DNA of 64,000 nucleotides from Rhodospirillales bacterium (GTDB lineage Bacteria; Pseudomonadota; Alphaproteobacteria; Rhodospirillales; UBA2165): NCBI GenBank assembly GCA_965221855.1, contig CBDCSV010000005.1, positions 355,577 to 419,576 of the forward strand, read 5' to 3'. Shown piece by piece: positions 58,217 to 64,000 of this stretch (position 1 is its first letter; each line of letters starts with the position of its first letter). The notes under the pieces were generated by a model. It saw only the letters and a program-made list of their open reading frames with translations, ran no database searches and was not told where the DNA came from. The position numbers and the translations under genes were made by a program.

Positions 58217-61200
58217 ATGAACGCCCGCGCACCACTGGAACCGCATTTCGCCCCGGCCCCGCCGGCGGCGTTGCGCGCGCTCTCGTTCGCCCTGCTGTTC
58301 GGCGCGCTGCTGGCCGGCGCGCCCGCGCGGGCGGGGCCGGAAGGCGGCACGGTGATCTCCGGCAATGTGAATATCCAGCAGACGTCGCCCACGCGGCTCG
58401 ACATCCACCAGAGTTCCGACAAGGCCGTCATCGACTGGCGCTCGTTTTCGATCGGCATCGACGAGCATACGAACTTCCGGCAGCCGTCCTCTTCCTCGAT
58501 CGCGCTGAACCGGGTCACGGGCGGAACCCAATCCTTCATTCTCGGGCGGCTTACCGCCAACGGCCGGATATTCCTCATCAACCCGAACGGCATCCTGTTC
58601 GGGGCGAGCGCCAGGATAGACGTGGGCGGCCTGCTCGCGACGACCATCGACATCGAAAACGACGATTTCCTGGCGGGCCGCTTCGACTTCGATATTCCCG
58701 GCAGTTCCGGCGGCACGGTGGTCAACCGCGGCGAGATCACCGTGGCCGAAGGCGGCCTCGCGGCCCTGGTTGCGCCGGGCGTCGAGAACAGCGGGACCAT
58801 CCGCGCCCGGCTCGGCCGCGTCACACTGGCGTCGGGCAACGCCTTCACGCTCGACCTCCACGGCGACAATCTGATCCAGATCGGCATCGACGACCGCGTG
58901 GCGGAGCGCCTGTTCGCCGCCGACGGCGCCGAACTGGACGCGCTGGTCTCCAACAGCGGCGCCATCGAGGCGGACGGCGGAACGGTGGTGCTTCTGGCCG
59001 CCGGCGCCGGCAGGGAGCTGGTGGACTACGCCATCAACATGGACGGCATCGTCCAGGCGCGGACGGCCGAGAAGCGCAACGGTCGGATCGTGCTGCGCGG
59101 CGCGGGCGACGGAGTCGTCAGGGTCGGCGGCACCCTCGACGCCTCGGGCCGCGGGAGCGGAGAGACCGGCGGCAAGGTCAAGGTACTGGGCGAGAAGGTC
59201 GGCATCGTCGGAGAGGCCCGGCTCGACGCCTCGGGCGACACCGGCGGCGGCGAGGTCCTGGTCGGCGGCAACTTCCAGGGGAAGGGGCCGGAGCGCAACG
59301 CGGACTACACGGCGGTCGGCGGCGGCGCGGTCATCCGGGCCGACGCGCTCTCCCGCGGCGACGGCGGCAGGGTGATCGTCTGGTCGGACCGGGTGACCCG
59401 TTTCTTCGGAAGCATCTCCGCGCGCGGCGGCGGCGCCTCCGGCGACGGCGGCTTCGCCGAGGTGTCGGGCAAGCTGCATCTGCAGTTCGCGCCGGCGTCG
59501 ATCGACCTGAGCGCCCCCAACGGCGCCCTCGGCGAGCTGCTGCTGGACCCGCGGGACATCGTTATATCCGACAATGACGAAGGCGACAGCGACACCACCG
59601 CCGGAACCGACAATTCCAAAATCTCCAGCACGGATAGCGTAATCAACTTCGGCGACGACTCCGGAACGGACTACGAGATTCAGCCTTCGGCGTTCGAGAC
59701 CATCGACGCGAACATCACCCTGCAGGCGACCCGGGACATCACGGTCAAGTCCGCAATCGACATGACCGGGCAGACGGTCAAGAGAACCCTGACCTTGCAG
59801 GCGGGGCGCCATCTTTCCATCGAGGCCGACATTACCGGCCACGCCACCCACGGCCACGACTTCATTTTCGAGGCGGACTCGCCGCGGTCCACCAGCGGCG
59901 GCGGCGACGGCACGGGGACGCTGACCATCGGCGACGGCGTCACCATCACCTCCAACAACGGCGACATCACGCTGATCGGCGCGGACTTCGCCATCTCCAC
60001 CACATCCGGCGACGAAGCCAGCCTCGATGCCGGAACGGGCGACATAAATATAGCGCCGTCCCGGTCCACCGCCGCCCTGACCATCGGCAGCGGCGCGACG
60101 GACCTTCTGAGCAATACGGAACTCGGGCGGCTCACCACGTCGGGCACCATCGTGCTCGGCACGGCGACCACGGGCCCGACGAACACCAACACCGCCGGCA
60201 GTTCGATTTCGGCGGCTTCGATCACGATAAGCCAGGCGCTGAGCATCACCGGCAGCGCATCGCTCGAATTCGATTCCGCCGGAGCGACGACCCTGGTCGC
60301 GAACGTCTCGACCGCCGACGGCGGCATTACCTTCAGCGACGCGGTGACACTCTCCGCCGGCGTGACGGTGGACAGCGACTCGGACACCGACGCCAACGAC
60401 GGCAACATCAGCTTCTCTTCGACGGTGAACGGCGGGCAGGCGCTGACGGTGGATGCGGACACCGGCTCGGTGACGTTCTCCGGCGCGGTGGGGGGGACGA
60501 CGGCGCTGACCAGCCTGGCGGTGACGGGCGGCGGCGGGATCAGCCTTGCCGCGAACGTGACGACCGCCAACGGAAACATCGACTTCAACAGCGCGGTGAC
60601 GTTGACGGGCAGCGGCGTTCTGACGGTGTCGAGCGGTTCGGGCGGCGGCAATATCGATTTCGATGGCGCGGTTTCCGGGCCGCGTTCCCTGACGGTGAAT
60701 GCGGGCACCGGCTCGGCGACGCTGAACGGGGTGACGCTGAGCGGTTCGACGAGCGCCCTTTCGGTGAGCGGCAGCGGCGGGATCACGCTCGAGGCCGGGG
60801 TGACGACGGCCGGCGGCTCCATCCGCTTCAACCATGCGGTGACGCTGAGCACCGCCGCCACTGTCCTGACGGTGACCACTGGCACGGGCGGCGGGAACAT
60901 CACGTTCAGCAACACGGTCTCCGGCGGCCGGGCCCTGACGGTGGAGGCGGGGACGGGTTCGGTGACGCTGAGCCGCAACGTGACGCTGACCGGCGCCCGG
61001 GCCCTGACGGTGAACGGCGGCGGCGGGATCACGCTCGGCGCGAGCGTCACGACCGTCTCGACGGGCGGCGGCGCCATTGCCTTCGGCGACGCGGTGACGC
61101 TGAGCACCGCCGCCACTACCCTGACGGTGTCGACCGGCACGGGCGGCGGCAACATCTCGTTCTCCTCGACGGTGAACGGCGGGCGGGCGCTGACAGTGAG

Positions 61201-64000
61201 TGCGGGCACCGGTTCGGTGACGTTCTCCGGCGCGGTCGGGGGCTCGACCGCGCTGACCAGCCTGACGGTGAGCGGCGGGCAGATCGACCTGAACACGGTG
61301 GCGGCGACGGGCGCGATCTCGGTGACGGGCACCAACATCGACCTGAACGCGGGGAGCTACACCAGCCAGGACGGCAACATCACCTTCACCGGCCCGGTGG
61401 ACCTGACGGTCAACGTGTCGGTCGACAGCGACGCGGACAATGACGCCACCGACGGCAATATCAGCTTCTCCTCGACCGTCAACGGCGGGCGGACGCTCAC
61501 GGTGGACGCCGGCGCCGGCTCGGTGACGTTCTCCGGTGTGGTGGGGGGCTCGGCGCCGCTGACCAGCCTGACGGTGACGGGCGGCGGCGGGATTACGCTC
61601 GGGGCGAACGTGACGACGACGGGGGCGATCGACTTCAACAGCGCGGTGACGCTGACTTCCGGGAGCAACGTGCTGACGGTGTCGACCGGCACGGGGGTGG
61701 GCAACATCGCGTTCGACGGGACGGTCAACGGCGGCCGGCCGCTGAGGGTGAGGGCGGGCAGCGGTTCGGTAACGTTCTCCGGCGCGGTCGGAGGTTCGAC
61801 GGCGCTGACCAGCCTGGACGTGACCGGGAGCGGCGGGATCAGCCTCGGGGTGAACGTGACGACCGCCAACGGCAACATCGACTTCAACAGCGCGGTGACG
61901 CTGACGGGCGCGGTGACGGTGTCGAGCGGCGCGGGCGGCGGGAACATCGCGTTCGACGGGACGGTGAACGGCGGCCGGGCGCTGACGGTGAATGCGGGCA
62001 GCGGCTCGGCGAGCTTCTTCGGCGCGGTCGGGGGCTCGACGGCACTGACCAGCCTGACGGTGGGCGGCGGGCAGATCGGCCTCAGCACGGTGGCGACGAC
62101 GGGCGCGATCAGCATCACGGGCACGAACGTCGACCTGAACGCGGGGAGCTACACCAGCCAGGACGGCAACATCACCTTCACCGGCCCGGTGGACCTGATG
62201 GCCAACGTGACGGTGGACAGCGATCAGGACAATGACGGCACCGACGGCAACATCTCGTTCTCCTCGACGGTGAACGGTGCGCGGACGCTGACGGTGAATG
62301 CGGACGGCGGGAACGTAACGTTCTCCGGCGCGGTCGGAGGGACGGGGGCGCTGACCGGGTTCAGCGTGACCGGCGACGCCGTGTCGCTGAAGAGCGTGCG
62401 GGTGACGGGGACGGGCACGATCTCGGTGACCGGCAGCGGCGGGATCACGCTGGATGGGACCTACAGGACCCAGAACCGGGACATCGACTTCAACAACGCG
62501 GTGACCCTTGCGGGCGACGTAACGGTGACGACCGGCACCACCGGCGGCGGCGACATCGCGTTCGACTCGACGGTGAGCGGCGGCCATGCGCTCACGGTGG
62601 AGGCGGGCAACGGCTCCGTGACGCTGTCGGGCAACGTGACGCTGAGCGGGGCCAATGCGCTGACGGTGAACGGCGGCGGCGGGATCACGCTGGGCGCGGG
62701 CGTCTCGACGGTCTCGACCGCGGGCGGCGCCATCGCGTTCGGCGACGCGGTGACGCTGGGCGGCAGCAACGCGCTGTCGGTGACGACCGGCACCACGGGC
62801 GCGGGCAATATCAGCTTCTCCTCTACGGTGAGCGGCGGGCGGGCGCTGACGGTGGAGGCGGGGACGGGTTCGGTGACGCTGTCGGGCAACGTCACGCTGA
62901 GCGGGGCCAATGCGCTGACGGTGAACGGCGGCGGCGGAATCACGCTCGGGGAGGGCGTCGTGACGGTCTCGACTGCGGGCGGCGCCATCACGTTCGGCGA
63001 CGCGGTGACGCTGACGTCCGGGAACAACCTTCTGACGGTGACGACCGGCACGGGCGCGGGCAACATCGGCTTCTCCTCGACGGTGAACGGCGGCCGTATG
63101 CTGTTGGTGAATGCGGGCAGCGGTTCGGTGACGTTCTCCGGCGCGGTCGGGGGTACGACGGCGCTGACCAGCCTGGATGTGACGGGGAGCGGCGGGATCA
63201 GCCTCGCCGCGAACGTGACGACGACCGGGGAGATCGAATTCCACAGCGCGGTGACGCTGACGGGCACCGGGGCGCTGACGGTGTCGAGCGGCGCGGACGA
63301 CATTGTCTTCCGTTCGACGGTGGACGGCGGCCGGGCGCTGACGGTGAATGCGGGCTCGGGTGAGGCGCGGTTCATCGGGGCGGTCGGCGGGACGACGCCG
63401 CTGACCGGCCTGGATGCGACGGGGAGCGGCGGGATCAGCATTTCCGCGAACGTGACGACCGCCAACGGCGACATCGACTTCAACAGCGCGGTGAGGCTTG
63501 GGATTGGGGCCGGCAACACGGTGGAGCTGAAGGTGTCGAGCGGCGCGGGCGCCGGGAACATCACGTTCCACTCGACGGTGGACAGCGCTCGACCGCTGAA
63601 GGTGGATGCGGGTACGGGCTCGGTGACGTTCTCCGGCGCGGCCGGAGGGACGACGCCACTGGTCGGGTTCATCGTGACCGGCAACGCGGTGTCGCTGAAG
63701 AGCGTGCGGGTCAGGATGACGGGCACGATCTCGGTGACCGGCAGCGGCGGGATCACGCTGGACGGGACCTACAGCAGCGGGGCCTTCAGCACCGAGAAAC
63801 GGAACATCGACTTCAACGGCGCGGTGACGCTTGCGGGCGACGTAACGGTGCACACCAACACGGGCGCGGGCGACGTCAGCTTTTCCTCGACGGTGAACGG
63901 CGGCCATGCGCTGACGGTGGATGCGCGCACCGGCTCGGTGACGTTCACCGGCGCGGTCGGGGGCACGACGCCGCTGACCAGCCTGGATGTGACGGGGAGC
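58217..64000 (+). CDS. Filamentous-haemagglutinin-like TpsA exoprotein, 3'-incomplete (>1927 aa)
   Basis: Signal peptide; TPS domain with IDWRSFSI, LNRVTGG, LINPNGI; then Gly/Thr/Ser/Val beta-helix repeats; frame is consistent from the ATG to the window end. Confidence 0.92.
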   Translation, partial: MNARAPLEPHFAPAPPAALRALSFALLFGALLAGAPARAGPEGGTVISGNVNIQQTSPTRLDIHQSSDKAVIDWRSFSIGIDEHTNFRQPSSSSIALNRVTGGTQSFILGRLTANGRIFLINPNGILFGASARIDVGGLLATTIDIENDDFLAGRFDFDIPGSSGGTVVNRGEITVAEGGLAALVAPGVENSGTIRARLGRVTLASGNAFTLDLHGDNLIQIGIDDRVAERLFAADGAELDALVSNSGAIEADGGTVVLLAAGAGRELVDYAINMDGIVQARTAEKRNGRIVLRGAGDGVVRVGGTLDASGRGSGETGGKVKVLGEKVGIVGEARLDASGDTGGGEVLVGGNFQGKGPERNADYTAVGGGAVIRADALSRGDGGRVIVWSDRVTRFFGSISARGGGASGDGGFAEVSGKLHLQFAPASIDLSAPNGALGELLLDPRDIVISDNDEGDSDTTAGTDNSKISSTDSVINFGDDSGTDYEIQPSAFETIDANITLQATRDITVKSAIDMTGQTVKRTLTLQAGRHLSIEADITGHATHGHDFIFEADSPRSTSGGGDGTGTLTIGDGVTITSNNGDITLIGADFAISTTSGDEASLDAGTGDINIAPSRSTAALTIGSGATDLLSNTELGRLTTSGTIVLGTATTGPTNTNTAGSSISAASITISQALSITGSASLEFDSAGATTLVANVSTADGGITFSDAVTLSAGVTVDSDSDTDANDGNISFSSTVNGGQALTVDADTGSVTFSGAVGGTTALTSLAVTGGGGISLAANVTTANGNIDFNSAVTLTGSGVLTVSSGSGGGNIDFDGAVSGPRSLTVNAGTGSATLNGVTLSGSTSALSVSGSGGITLEAGVTTAGGSIRFNHAVTLSTAATVLTVTTGTGGGNITFSNTVSGGRALTVEAGTGSVTLSRNVTLTGARALTVNGGGGITLGASVTTVSTGGGAIAFGDAVTLSTAATTLTVSTGTGGGNISFSSTVNGGRALTVSAGTGSVTFSGAVGGSTALTSLTVSGGQIDLNTVAATGAISVTGTNIDLNAGSYTSQDGNITFTGPVDLTVNVSVDSDADNDATDGNISFSSTVNGGRTLTVDAGAGSVTFSGVVGGSAPLTSLTVTGGGGITLGANVTTTGAIDFNSAVTLTSGSNVLTVSTGTGVGNIAFDGTVNGGRPLRVRAGSGSVTFSGAVGGSTALTSLDVTGSGGISLGVNVTTANGNIDFNSAVTLTGAVTVSSGAGGGNIAFDGTVNGGRALTVNAGSGSASFFGAVGGSTALTSLTVGGGQIGLSTVATTGAISITGTNVDLNAGSYTSQDGNITFTGPVDLMANVTVDSDQDNDGTDGNISFSSTVNGARTLTVNADGGNVTFSGAVGGTGALTGFSVTGDAVSLKSVRVTGTGTISVTGSGGITLDGTYRTQNRDIDFNNAVTLAGDVTVTTGTTGGGDIAFDSTVSGGHALTVEAGNGSVTLSGNVTLSGANALTVNGGGGITLGAGVSTVSTAGGAIAFGDAVTLGGSNALSVTTGTTGAGNISFSSTVSGGRALTVEAGTGSVTLSGNVTLSGANALTVNGGGGITLGEGVVTVSTAGGAITFGDAVTLTSGNNLLTVTTGTGAGNIGFSSTVNGGRMLLVNAGSGSVTFSGAVGGTTALTSLDVTGSGGISLAANVTTTGEIEFHSAVTLTGTGALTVSSGADDIVFRSTVDGGRALTVNAGSGEARFIGAVGGTTPLTGLDATGSGGISISANVTTANGDIDFNSAVRLGIGAGNTVELKVSSGAGAGNITFHSTVDSARPLKVDAGTGSVTFSGAAGGTTPLVGFIVTGNAVSLKSVRVRMTGTISVTGSGGITLDGTYSSGAFSTEKRNIDFNGAVTLAGDVTVHTNTGAGDVSFSSTVNGGHALTVDARTGSVTFTGAVGGTTPLTSLDVTGS

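Noticed and set aside
58193-63966. 1904-aa and several other long minus-strand ORFs over the TpsA gene
   Set aside because: Antisense shadows of a GC-rich repetitive gene; the real frame is the plus strand from 58217, which the track omits because it has no stop in the window.

Overview
High-GC window, most likely alphaproteobacterial, from an accessory region heavily eroded by insertion sequences. I count 11 IS copies or remnants: IS256 x2, ISAs1 x2, three apparently identical IS630, one further intact IS630 and three IS630 relics. There are also many truncated genes. From left to right the intact blocks are: (i) a possible IS630 composite transposon carrying lower meta-cleavage genes (mhpD/dmpH-like plus an SDR); (ii) a catabolic block with two LigF/PcpC-like GSTs, an orphan PAS histidine kinase, an HpsO-like SDR and HpsN-like HisD paralog, VOC and AKR genes; (iii) an RpoE-ChrR module with three matching TGATCC-N16-CGTA promoters driving ufaD/ufaO/ufaM-like furan/cyclopropane fatty-acid genes; (iv) a 3.6-kb segment (hicAB, NYN gene, SDR relic) bracketed by two identical 36-bp palindromic att-like repeats, one forming the 3' end of an IS-split large serine recombinase relic; (v) a sulfur cluster with two sulfatases, DUF3604, tandem sulfotransferases, Fe-ADH, a peptide-type ABC transporter and soeBC, with oppF and soeA deleted; (vi) LysR and a two-partner secretion pair whose repetitive TpsA (>1900 aa) runs off the window end. 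I saw no rRNA, tRNA or CRISPR array. All family calls come from motif recognition by eye; no database search was run.
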